From Chloroflexota bacterium (GTDB lineage: Bacteria > Chloroflexota > Anaerolineae > DTLA01): a stretch of DNA of 64,000 bases. This document shows, piece by piece, positions 48,929 to 59,290 of this stretch (the stretch's first letter is position 1; each line of letters begins with the position of its first letter). A program made the translations under genes and the position numbers. Under the pieces are notes generated by a model that saw only the letters and a list, made by a program, of their open reading frames with translations, was not told the DNA's origin and ran no database searches. The stretch lies in assembly GCA_014360805.1 (NCBI GenBank), contig JACIWU010000003.1, positions 5,020 through 69,019 of the forward strand, given 5' to 3'.

Positions 48929-49650
48929 CTAGTCCAACGGCTTCTTGTCAATCACGAAACAGCACGTGGGGTCGCCCTTGGCAATGCAGGTTGTCTCCAC
49001 AACCGACATGTTCTTGCCGCCGGTTACCCACGCCAGGCTCTCTTGCAACAGGCCGAGGGCGACGTAGCAGATGGGCGTCTGCGACTTCCGGCCCCAGCAC
49101 ACCGGACAGCGAACGATGTGATAGTAGAAGTGCTCGTTGTCCTCTTCCAGGCGCACAACCTGGTCGCTGGAGCGGTTGAAGGTCTCGGCCATAACGCCCA
49201 GGCCCAGCCGCAGTTTCATGCCCAGCGGCATCAGGCGCATGGCCAGGTCGCTGATGCCCAGCATCGCGCCGTACTCCTTGAGCACATACTTGAACGTGGC
49301 GCGGCCGCCGCGCGTGCCCAGCCCTCGCCCGCCGCGCGGCCCGTACACGTCATCCAGCGCCTGATTCAGCGCCGCAAAGTCCTCAAACGGGAACTCGCGC
49401 TCAAAGTTGTTGGGCGGGTAGTTGTTGATGAGGTGCTTCAGTTTCGCCAGGTTGAGCAGCGCGTTCACGCCATTCTTGCCCAGCACGTCCTCAAGCGCCA
49501 GCAAGTAGATGCGCGCCATCTTGTTGCCGTAGTAGTACCGAGGCACGCCCTCCTCGCCGTGCGCGTGTTCATGCTCCTCGTGCTGTTCCTCTTGAGCGGG
49601 CTGCTCTACCACATTGTGCTGCTCTTCGTGGGTGTCTTTCTGCTCGTCCA
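48929..49650 (-). CDS. V4R (4-vinyl reductase) domain protein with a His/Glu-rich N-terminus
   Basis: I placed the start at MDEQ after a GGAGGA ribosome-binding site. The N-terminus reads EEQHNVVEQPAQEEQHEEHEHAHGEEG. The C-terminal V4R signature is HIVRCPVCWG...CYVALGLLQESL...CIAKGDPTCCFVI. The upstream part of the 493-aa track ORF is an antisense artefact. Confidence 0.6.
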
Positions 49651-49701
49651 TGAGTCCTCCAAGAGAATTCATAAAACCTCGGATGGAGCCGTATGCGCCC
49701 G

Positions 49702-50490
49702 TCAATGCGACGCCAGAAACTGCCTTAACCGGCCGTTGAACTGGTCCGGATCGTCCAGCATCGGAAAGTGCCCGCAGTGCTCCAGCACCGCCAGGTCGGC
49801 CCTCGGAGCGCCGCGAAGCAGCACGCCCCCCTGCCGCGGATCCACGATGAGGTCGCGCTGCCCGTAGAACCCCAGCACGGGCACCTGAACCTCGCCGAGG
49901 CGGGGCGTCAAGTCCGTTCGGCGCAACGAGCGGATGCTCGTCAGGAACGCCTCCAACGTGGTGCGCGACAGGTCGTTCATGATCATGTCGTACCACTTGC
50001 GCCAGTCGTGCGCCAGCCGCGGCGAGAACGTGCGAAGCCCCCACCGCAACAACGCCGGCACGTGCCACACCAGGTACGCCACCGGCTTGCGCCCCGCCAG
50101 CCGCAGTGGCAGACTCAACGAGCGGCCGTTGACGGGCGACCCGACCACGGCCACCTTCGTAACCCGTTCGGGGCGCTCCATGGCCAACTTCAGCGCCACG
50201 GTCCCGCCCATAGAATGTCCCACCACGGGAGCCGCCGGAATCCCCAGCCGATCCATGAACTGGTCCACCAGGCTCACGAAGTCGTCCACTTCGTAGCCGC
50301 TGCGCGGCTTCCCCGACTCGCCAAAACCCCAAAAGTCTAGCGCGTAGGTACGGAAGGCGTCGGACAGGGCCTCCATCGTGTTCAGCCAATACCCCCAGGA
50401 GCCGAGCCACCCATGCAGCAAGACGACCGGCGGGCCGCTGCCCTGGGTCTCATAATGCACGATGCCTTGACGTGTTACGATGGAACCCAA
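49702..50490 (-). CDS. Alpha/beta-fold hydrolase, paralog of 35444..36223
   Basis: The N-terminus reads IVHYETQGSGPPVVLLHGWLGSWGYW and the nucleophile elbow is HSMGG. Confidence 0.75.
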   Translation of the reverse strand: MGSIVTRQGIVHYETQGSGPPVVLLHGWLGSWGYWLNTMEALSDAFRTYALDFWGFGESGKPRSGYEVDDFVSLVDQFMDRLGIPAAPVVGHSMGGTVALKLAMERPERVTKVAVVGSPVNGRSLSLPLRLAGRKPVAYLVWHVPALLRWGLRTFSPRLAHDWRKWYDMIMNDLSRTTLEAFLTSIRSLRRTDLTPRLGEVQVPVLGFYGQRDLIVDPRQGGVLLRGAPRADLAVLEHCGHFPMLDDPDQFNGRLRQFLASH

Positions 50491-50505
50491 CCCGTTGGCC
50501 CCTCG

Positions 50506-51042
50506 CTATTCCTCGTCCTTGGAATTCTCCAGAATGGTGTACAGGAGTTCCAGCAGGACGCTCTTGACGCTTTCCTTGTCGGTAGAAACGCACGGCACGA
50601 CCTTGACGCTGGGGTCTACCCGCAGCGCGATGCGCAAATCCTGCGGGCTCCAGGCATCGGGCAGGTCCTGTTTGTTCGCCGCCACCACATAGGGCGCGGG
50701 CGCGTAGGCTCGGAACACGTCCAGGATTCGGCGCGCCTCGCGGAACGTCTCGGGCCGCACCGAATCCACCAGCACGATGAACCCCAGCATCCCCTCGGAC
50801 AGAATCTCCCACATGAAGTCAAACCGCTTCTGCCCCGGCGTGCCAAAAAGGAAGAGCACCAAATCCTCGTCAATGGTGATGCGCCCGAAATCCATGGCGA
50901 CGGTGGTCTCTTCCTTCGTGGCGCGTGTCTCGTCGGAAATTCGCCGCTCGGTGGAGACGACGTCAATCTCGCTGATCGTCTTGATGAACTCCGTCTTGCC
51001 CGCGTTGAATGGGCCTGTGATAACCATCTTGACCGCTTGCAT
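50506..51042 (-). CDS. Ras-like small GTPase of the prokaryotic MglA/ATP-GTP-binding family
   Basis: G1 reads GPFNAGKT, G3 reads FGTPGQ and G4 reads NKQD. The protein is about 175 aa. Confidence 0.75.
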   Translation of the reverse strand: MQAVKMVITGPFNAGKTEFIKTISEIDVVSTERRISDETRATKEETTVAMDFGRITIDEDLVLFLFGTPGQKRFDFMWEILSEGMLGFIVLVDSVRPETFREARRILDVFRAYAPAPYVVAANKQDLPDAWSPQDLRIALRVDPSVKVVPCVSTDKESVKSVLLELLYTILENSKDEE

Positions 51043-51059
51043 TCCGCAGTTCCTCCGAG

Positions 51060-51869
51060 TCAGCTGATGCGGCGAATTTTGTCAATCAAGCGCAAGATCA
51101 CCCCCCGCTTGACCGCGGGCGACGGTGGGATGCCCGGTAGGCCCGGCGCGACTCCCTCGGGCCGCACCAGTTCCACCAGCCCCGCCGTCAGCAGACCATA
51201 CACGATCTTCCGAATCTGAAACTCGCTCAGCCCGATGTACTGCGCGATCTGGCGGATGGTGTTGCGGGGGCTGATGAAGGAGATGACCCGCCACTCTTCC
51301 ACGCTCAGGCTGATGTTCTTGAGGGAAGTCCCCGGCCGGTCCGTGAACTTCAGGGCCACGTCCAGGTCCGGCAACTCGGCCTGCAACTGCTCCCACTCCT
51401 TCATCCGCCGCGTCCCTTCCATGATGACGTTGTCCAGGTCAATGGGAACACCGATCTTTTCCTGAGGGAGCATGCGGTTGGGGTCAAACTGGAATGTCCC
51501 GTCGGTGAGCGCGAAGATGGCATAGACGGTTTCCAGGGACGCCGCCCGAACCACCTGGAGGATGTCCTTCTGGGTTACGTAGTTGTTGTGGAGTAGGAGG
51601 AGCCCGATCTCCTTATCGGTGCGCGTCTCGGCGCGGGAGAGGATGCTTTCCGCCTGCTGGGCGCTCACCTTGCCTGCGCGCTGCAGCAGGGCCAGTAGGC
51701 TTTCATCCTTGCTGTCCTGGTACGCGCCGAGCAACTTACCCTCGCGGAAATACAGCGTGGCCGAAAGGCCATCGCTGCGGACGGAGAGGGCGCCTGTCTT
51801 GCGGGCGATGTGAATCAGGTTCAGCAGTTGGGCGACGCCAAAGTCCTTCAGATTCCCCTTGAGGGCCAT
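51060..51869 (-). CDS. DUF4388/PATAN-domain protein
   Basis: The N-terminus reads MALKGNLKDFGVAQLLNLIHIARKTGALSV...LYFREGKLLGA, which fits DUF4388. It is the first gene downstream of a consensus promoter. Confidence 0.7.
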   Translation of the reverse strand: MALKGNLKDFGVAQLLNLIHIARKTGALSVRSDGLSATLYFREGKLLGAYQDSKDESLLALLQRAGKVSAQQAESILSRAETRTDKEIGLLLLHNNYVTQKDILQVVRAASLETVYAIFALTDGTFQFDPNRMLPQEKIGVPIDLDNVIMEGTRRMKEWEQLQAELPDLDVALKFTDRPGTSLKNISLSVEEWRVISFISPRNTIRQIAQYIGLSEFQIRKIVYGLLTAGLVELVRPEGVAPGLPGIPPSPAVKRGVILRLIDKIRRIS

Positions 51870-51933
51870 CTTCTCTCACCTTGTCTGCTTTTGCAAATGG
51901 ACGAAATGCAAAGATGACTCCAATTGTATGTTG

Positions 51934-51962
51934 ATTATAACCCTAGTCTCATTTTCCGTCAA
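51934..51962 (-). promoter_or_regulatory. Consensus promoter (TTGACG-17-TATAAT) for the PATAN-GTPase cluster, followed by a TTGCA-N11-TGCAA inverted repeat in the 5' UTR
   Basis: The minus strand reads ttgacggaaaatgagactagggttataat. This AT-rich island is about 65 nt upstream of the start at 51869. The UTR contains ttgcatttcgtccatttgcaa. Confidence 0.5.
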
Positions 51963-51977
51963 CCCCTTTGGCATACG

Positions 51978-52197
51978 AATGTGTTCTCCACGGAGTGGTA
52001 ACCGCGAATCACGCGAACCCACACGAATGGAGAGTGCGGACACGTAGGGCGGCTTTCCATAGCCGCCGCAAACAGGGGCAGGTATGGAAACCTGCCCTAC
52101 TAACCGCTATCCACGAATCACACGAACCCACACGAATGGAGAGTGTGGACACGTAGGGCGGCTTTCCATAGCCGCCGCAAACAGAGGGCAGGTATCC
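51978..52197. repeat. Tandem duplication of an intergenic unit of about 108 bp
   Basis: Each unit contains ACGAATCACACGAACCCACACGAATGGAGAGTG(C/T)GGACACGTAGGGCGGCTTTCCATAGCCGCCGCAAACAG(A)GGGCAGGTAT. Each unit has internal hairpins, GGCGGCtttccataGCCGCC and GGGCAGGtatggaaaCCTGCCC. The two units are nearly identical. Confidence 0.75.
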
Positions 52198-52233
52198 AAT
52201 GTGCGACGCACTTCCGGAAGTGCGTCGCACATT
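52198..52233. repeat. REP-like perfect 36-bp palindrome AATGTGCGACGCACTTCC|GGAAGTGCGTCGCACATT
   Basis: The 18-bp arms are exact reverse complements with no loop. It lies at the 3' end of the tandem repeat block. Confidence 0.75.
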
Positions 52234-52274
52234 GGCCGCCGACAGAATGCGAGACGCGGCAACCCCGTCCGCTT

Positions 52275-52303
52275 TTGACATGCGCCGCGTTCTATGCTAT
52301 GCT
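52275..52303 (+). promoter_or_regulatory. Putative promoter (TTGACA-17-TATGCT) of the proS leader
   Basis: The sequence reads ttgacatgcgccgcgttctatgctatgct. Confidence 0.4.
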
Positions 52304-52304
52304 T

Positions 52305-54184
<1,880 letters not shown>

Positions 54185-54204
54185 CGGGCGGTTGACCCCT
54201 CTCA

Positions 54205-54330
54205 TCCCCCATCCCCTTCTCTCCCCGCACGCGGGGTGAGAAGGGGAGTCGGGCGGGGCGACAAGCCCAACGACGCCACGCGCCCACCCCACCCTTGCTC
54301 CCCGCACACGGCGCGAGAAGGGGAAGCGCA
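54205..54330. terminator. Two copies of a GC-rich hairpin element (CCCCTTCTCTCCCCGCACGCGGGGTGAGAAGGGGAG) downstream of proS
   Basis: Each copy has an inverted repeat CCCCTTCTC...GAGAAGGGG with an inner palindrome CCCCGCACGCGGGG. Related copies lie at 15625-15660 after rtcA and at 63040-63075. There is no strong T-tract, so intrinsic-terminator function is uncertain. Confidence 0.4.
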
Positions 54331-54424
54331 CGGCCAGGGGATGGGGCCAGCGTTCCTTGGCCCATGCACCGTGCGAGGAGCAGACTTTTTTCCCAGAATG
54401 GCAAGTTTAAAGTTCAAAAACCCC

Positions 54425-54453
54425 TTGCGACTTTACAGAATATCGTGTATAAT
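54425..54453 (+). promoter_or_regulatory. Sigma70-like promoter (TTGCGA-17-TATAAT) for the secreted repeat protein gene
   Basis: The sequence reads ttgcgactttacagaatatcgtgtataat. Confidence 0.45.
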
Positions 54454-54509
54454 AGTATCGTCTGATAGGCCAATCTACCCGACAACCAGGGAAGGGTGGT
54501 GCACACGTT

Positions 54510-55523
54510 GTGAGGATAGCGCGAATCCTCATCAGCAGTGTGGTGCTGGCATGTTTGTGCTTCGTTGCACCCGCGCCGGCCCAAACTCAATATCCGCCGC
54601 CCCAGTACTTCCCGCAGACGGGCCATTTCGTGCGGGATGAGTTTCTGGCCTATTTCCGCGCCTATGGCGGCGAGCGTATCTTCGGCTATCCGATCACCGA
54701 GGACTTCTACGACCGATACGACGCGGGCTGCCGCACCCAGTATTTCCAGAAAGCGCGCATGGACTTGGTGCCTGGCGTCTTCGGGTCGGCGCGCATCCGC
54801 CTGGCGCCCCTGGGCGAGTACCTGGGCAAGCGGGACCCTCCCATCCCCGTCGGCGACATCCCGCTGTCAAGCGACCCGAATCGCCGATACTACCCACAGA
54901 CGGGCCACACGCTGGGCTACGCTTTCAAGACGTTCTTTGACTTTAACGGCGGCCTGGAGGTATTCGGCTACCCCATCACCGAACTCATGGTGGAAAACGG
55001 CATCATCGTGCAATACTTCCAGAAGGCCAAAATGGAGTGGCACCCTGAAAAGCCGAACGACGAACGGGTGCAATTGGCCAACCTGGGAGAGATGTACTTC
55101 CACCATGCGCGGCTGAACCCCGCCCTGCTCAGCCGCGTGCCGCCCGCGACGGTGTCTAGCCAGGGGCCGACGCCGCAACCGACGGCCGCCACGTGGCCCC
55201 CCTTCCGCCGCCCCGTTACCCAGATGACGGTGTATGTCTCGCTGCGCAGCGCCATCGTCGGCACCAAAGGCAGCCAGACGGTTTCGGTCTATGTGGCCGA
55301 CCAAGACGGAGAACCCATCGCCGGCGCGACGGTGCTCTGCACTGTTCGCTATCCGCGTGAGGATCGCGTACTCGCAATGCCGGTTACCGATACGGACGGA
55401 CGCTCCTACCTTACCTTCCAACTGGCCAATCCCCCACCTGGCTACATCGTGTTCGTTGAGGTAACCGCGACCTACGGGCAAGCGAAGGCAGGAGGACGCG
55501 CTGCTTTCCTTACCTGGTGGTAG
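54510..55523 (+). CDS. Secreted protein with two copies of an about 95-aa repeat and a C-terminal Ig-like domain
   Basis: It has a signal peptide. The module YFPQTGH.V...F..YF...GG...FGYPITE...QYFQKA(R/K)M occurs twice. The C-terminus reads TVSVYVADQDGEPIAGATV. Confidence 0.55.
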   Translation: MRIARILISSVVLACLCFVAPAPAQTQYPPPQYFPQTGHFVRDEFLAYFRAYGGERIFGYPITEDFYDRYDAGCRTQYFQKARMDLVPGVFGSARIRLAPLGEYLGKRDPPIPVGDIPLSSDPNRRYYPQTGHTLGYAFKTFFDFNGGLEVFGYPITELMVENGIIVQYFQKAKMEWHPEKPNDERVQLANLGEMYFHHARLNPALLSRVPPATVSSQGPTPQPTAATWPPFRRPVTQMTVYVSLRSAIVGTKGSQTVSVYVADQDGEPIAGATVLCTVRYPREDRVLAMPVTDTDGRSYLTFQLANPPPGYIVFVEVTATYGQAKAGGRAAFLTWW

Positions 55524-55629
55524 GTTGCGAGTACCATCCTAGAGGGGGGCTACCTCTCCTGCCCGCGAGGAGCCCCCCTCGCTCTTTTCAGGGGAACCGT
55601 CGCTGTTCGCGGGGCCAAATGCCCGCAAA

Positions 55630-56763
55630 TCAGCGGAGGGGCTTCACGAAGACCTGTTCGGCTTTGGGGGCGATCTCCTCGGCGACCTCGCGCCAGGGCT
55701 TGGACAATTGGGCCCGCGCCATCACCTTGTAGCCGCATCGCGCATGGACTTCGTCCCACAGCGCATTGGCTTTCGGAGGGAACCCGACGATGACCGCCTC
55801 GCACTGGAGGATTTTCGCCTCGCCCTCCACGGCTGCGGCCAGGCGGCACATCAACTCATCGGCATCGGGTTCGGGCCCGACGGCCATCTCCTCTATGCAG
55901 GCCACCAGGTTGATGGCCTCCCAACTGGCCATGCCCACCACGTGCTCATCGCGGAGCACAAGCCAGTGCGCGCGCTCCATGATGCGGGCGAAGGCGGCTT
56001 GCTCGTTCGGCGGCTTGCCGCGCCAGTCCATGCTGGCGAGAAAGCGCGCCAGCGCGGGGACATCATCGCGGGTGGCTCGTCGCAGCACCAGCGGCGGCGC
56101 CGCGCCGCCCACCAGCGCCGAAACCTTCTGCCACTGCTGGCGAACCTGCTCCCAGGTTTGCTCCAGCGTGCCACTGTTGTCAATCACCACATCGGCTCGG
56201 AATATTTTCTCGGCCTGCGGCGGCTGGGCCATGATTCGCGCGCGCGCCTGGTCCTCGCGCAGAAAGCGCTGCTCCATGAGCCGCTGCATCTGCTGCTGGC
56301 GGCGGCACGTTACCACCCACAGCGTGTCGCACTGATCCACCAGCCCCGACTCAATCAGTTTGATCGCCTCCACGACGACGACCGGCTCTTCCGCTTCGGC
56401 AATGAGGCGCTGCACCCTCTCCACCACGCCCGGGTGGACGATCTCCTCCAGCGCCTGGAGGGCCTTGGGGTCGTTGAACACGATCTCGGCCAATTTGGCG
56501 CGCACGATCTCGCCCTTCTCGTCCAGGATGCCGCGCCCGAACACGTTGACGATGCGCTGCCAAATCGGCGTGCCGGGGATCATCAACTCGTGGGCCAACT
56601 GGTCGGCGTCTATGACCCGCGCGCCCAGGTGTCGCAACATGGACATGACCGTGGTCTTGCCGGTGGCGATGTTGCCCGTGAGGCCGATGACATAGGGCTT
56701 GCGCCGGCCACGGGCCGATGCTGCCTTGCGCGATGCTACGGTTGTGCGGCGGTCGTCATCCAT
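55630..56763 (-). CDS. coaE: Dephospho-CoA kinase fused to an about 170-aa C-terminal GNAT-like domain
   Basis: The N-terminus is IGLTGNIATGKTT with the CoaE fold. The extension LVLRRATRDDVPALARFLASMDW...VGMASWEAINLVACIEEMAV looks GNAT-like. Confidence 0.8.
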   Translation of the reverse strand: MDDDRRTTVASRKAASARGRRKPYVIGLTGNIATGKTTVMSMLRHLGARVIDADQLAHELMIPGTPIWQRIVNVFGRGILDEKGEIVRAKLAEIVFNDPKALQALEEIVHPGVVERVQRLIAEAEEPVVVVEAIKLIESGLVDQCDTLWVVTCRRQQQMQRLMEQRFLREDQARARIMAQPPQAEKIFRADVVIDNSGTLEQTWEQVRQQWQKVSALVGGAAPPLVLRRATRDDVPALARFLASMDWRGKPPNEQAAFARIMERAHWLVLRDEHVVGMASWEAINLVACIEEMAVGPEPDADELMCRLAAAVEGEAKILQCEAVIVGFPPKANALWDEVHARCGYKVMARAQLSKPWREVAEEIAPKAEQVFVKPLR

Positions 56764-58628
56764 TCTTCCAGCCTCCGTCGCAGCGTGTCTTCAACTTGCC
56801 GATACTCTTCGCCCAACGCGCTAACGGCCTGGACATCCTGGGCCTGGCTGGCGCGGACGATCTCATCCTCCAGGGCTTTCAGCCTGGCCTCAAGGGCCTG
56901 AATCTCCTGCTCCACCTGTTGCGCCCGCTGGGCCTGCTTGCGGGCCTGCGTCGCCGAATCGGGGCGACTGGCGCGGCGAGGGGGCGGGGGCGCGGCGGCG
57001 CGCTCTTTCGCCCGCCTGCGCTCGCGCTCCCTGGCCTCCAGGTACTCGCTGTAGCCAAAAGGATACACGCGCATCGCGTCGCCGTCAATCACCCATATCT
57101 GCGTCGCCAGGGAGTTGATGAAGTAACGGTCGTGGGTTACCACGATCACCGTGCCCGCAAAGTCCAGCAGGACATCCTCCAACACCTCGCGCGACAGCGT
57201 GTCCAGGTGGCTGGTCGGCTCGTCCAGCAGCAGGAAGTTCGCCCCGATCAGCGTGAGTTTGGCCAGTTTCAGGCGGGCGCGCTCGCCGCCGCTGAGGTCG
57301 CTGACGCGCTTGTACACATCGTCGCCCGAGAACAGGAATCGGCCCAGCAGGTTGCGCGCCTCTTGCAGGGGCACGTTCCGCACATCCAACAACTCGTCCA
57401 TAACCGTCTTGGCGTCGTCCAGGTCGGCGTGTCCCTGGACGAAATACCCCATTCGCACGTTCGCGCCCACCTGGAAGGCCCCCGCCAGCGGCGGGATCTC
57501 GCCCAGGATCGTGCGGAGCAGGGTTGTCTTCCCGCTGCCGTTGGGGCCCAGGACGGCCACCTTCTTGCCGCGCCGCAACACGAAGGCGGGGCAGGAGAAC
57601 AACCGCTTGCCGTCCCCAGGCCCTTCGCCCCGAAACCCGACGGTCAGGCCGCCGGAAACCAGGACTAGGTCGCCGCTGCGCAGGTCGGTCTGCAGGCGGA
57701 GGCTCATGGCGCGCAGGCGTTCGGGCCGCTCCAGCCGCTCCATGTGCGCCAGACGGTGCTCGCGCGACCGCGCCTGTCGGGTGCGCTCGCCCGCCTTGTA
57801 GCGCCGAATGTAGTCCTCCAGGCGGGCGATCTCCTCCTGTTGCGCCTGGTATTCGGCCATGCGCTGCTCGTACCGCTGCGCCCGCTGCTCCAGGTACTGC
57901 GAGTAGTTGCCCCGATACGCCTCCACCCGCCCAAACGACAGTTCCCAGACGCGGGTCGCCACCTTGTCCAGGAAGAAGCGATCGTGGGCCACGACGATGA
58001 ACGTCCCCGGCCACTGGGCCAGGTGCTCCTCCAACCACTCTATGGACGCCAAGTCCAGGTGGTTGGTCGGCTCATCCAGCAGCAGGACATCGGGCTGTTG
58101 CAGGAGGAGTCGCGCCAGGAGCGCCCGCGTCTTCTGCCCGCCGCTCAGTAGGTTCAGCGGCTTGGCGAATTCCTCGGCAGAAAAGCCGACGCCCAGGAGC
58201 ACCTGCTCTATCTTGTGGGGATACTCATACCCGCCGAGCAACTCAAACCGCGCCTGCAGTTCGCCGTACTCTTCCATGGCCTCGGCGCGCTCGCGCGGGT
58301 CGGCCATCCGCGCCTCCAGCGCGCGGAGTTGCGCCTGCATCTCCAGAAGCGGCTGGAAGGCAGACAGGGCTTCCTCGTACACCGTCCTGGTGGTATCCAA
58401 TTCGGCGATTTGCGGCAGGTAGCCGATGGTGAGCCCCCTGGCGCGGCTCACCGTGCCCGACGAGGGCGGCTCCAGGCCCGCCAGGATGCGCAGGAGCGTC
58501 GTCTTGCCGTGGCCGTTGGGGCCGACCAGCGCGATGCGGTCGCCCCGCGCCACCTGGAGCGAGACATCCAGGAACACGTCCTGCGCGCCGAACGATTTGG
58601 AGATACGGTCTGCAATCAGGATGGACAT
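56736..58628 (-). CDS. ABC-F family ATPase with two ABC domains and no TM domain
   Basis: It has two Walker A motifs (GPNGHGKTT and GPNGSGKTT) and two LSGG signature motifs. A charged linker and C-terminal tail are present. Confidence 0.9.
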   Translation of the reverse strand: MSILIADRISKSFGAQDVFLDVSLQVARGDRIALVGPNGHGKTTLLRILAGLEPPSSGTVSRARGLTIGYLPQIAELDTTRTVYEEALSAFQPLLEMQAQLRALEARMADPRERAEAMEEYGELQARFELLGGYEYPHKIEQVLLGVGFSAEEFAKPLNLLSGGQKTRALLARLLLQQPDVLLLDEPTNHLDLASIEWLEEHLAQWPGTFIVVAHDRFFLDKVATRVWELSFGRVEAYRGNYSQYLEQRAQRYEQRMAEYQAQQEEIARLEDYIRRYKAGERTRQARSREHRLAHMERLERPERLRAMSLRLQTDLRSGDLVLVSGGLTVGFRGEGPGDGKRLFSCPAFVLRRGKKVAVLGPNGSGKTTLLRTILGEIPPLAGAFQVGANVRMGYFVQGHADLDDAKTVMDELLDVRNVPLQEARNLLGRFLFSGDDVYKRVSDLSGGERARLKLAKLTLIGANFLLLDEPTSHLDTLSREVLEDVLLDFAGTVIVVTHDRYFINSLATQIWVIDGDAMRVYPFGYSEYLEARERERRRAKERAAAPPPPRRASRPDSATQARKQAQRAQQVEQEIQALEARLKALEDEIVRASQAQDVQAVSALGEEYRQVEDTLRRRLEEWMTTAAQP

Positions 58629-58867
58629 GTAGACTCACGCCTATGTGGAATCGCGGCCTATTATAGCACAGACGGCGCGTGCGCAGGAATGCGGGCACTC
58701 GGCGCAAAAATCGCGGAAATGTGCGCGAAAACGGGCTTGACATGCCGCATATGTTGTGCTAGGATAACATCCAGAAGGGTTCTTGAGGCTCACACAGGCA
58801 GCGCCCGCGCGCTTCAGCGCACAACATCCCCGCCAGCGTGGGCAATGGAGAGGTGAGGGCAGGCGCG

Positions 58868-59290
58868 ATGCAGACCTTACCGCAGAAGTGGAGAGGGAGG
58901 GACTCGGCAGGCCCACCGCCGAGCAGCGGCGCGGATATGACCCTGGCCGACCGAAGCCGCGCGTCCCCCGACGCATGGCTGGAGGTGCGCAAGGATGGGC
59001 GCACGACTCGGCATCCCATCCACGGGGACGAGTTCCTCATCGGCCGCGCAGACCACTGCCACCTCATCTTGCAGTCCGAGCGGCGCTATGTCTCCCGCGA
59101 GCACGCGCTCATCCTCAAGGCCAACGGCGTCTATTGGATTAGCGACCTGAGCATCAACGGCACGCGACTCAACGGGAAACGGCTGCTTCGCATGCGGCGC
59201 GAACGGCTGAAGCCCGGCGACATCATCCAGATTGAGGACTGGGAACTCGTCTTCCGCGTGAGCCTGAGCCACTGCGCGGAAGCCCCCTAG
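58868..59290 (+). CDS. FHA-domain protein
   Basis: The FHA core reads FLIGRADHCHLILQSERRYVSREHALI...YWISDLSINGTRLNGKRL. The start is uncertain. I chose M11, which follows a GGAGAGGTGAGG ribosome-binding site. Confidence 0.7.
   Translation: MQTLPQKWRGRDSAGPPPSSGADMTLADRSRASPDAWLEVRKDGRTTRHPIHGDEFLIGRADHCHLILQSERRYVSREHALILKANGVYWISDLSINGTRLNGKRLLRMRRERLKPGDIIQIEDWELVFRVSLSHCAEAP

Noticed and set aside
48929-50410. The 493-aa track ORF spanning the V4R gene and the antisense strand of the hydrolase gene
   Set aside because: Only the C-terminal 240 aa, starting at MDEQ after a GGAGGA ribosome-binding site, has a coherent V4R-type sequence. The N-terminal 250 aa overlaps the alpha/beta hydrolase gene in another frame and is low-complexity.
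58838-58867. The 5' extension of the FHA ORF (MGNGEVRAGA...)
   Set aside because: The internal ATG at 58868 has a much better Shine-Dalgarno sequence. The extension is retained only as an alternative start.
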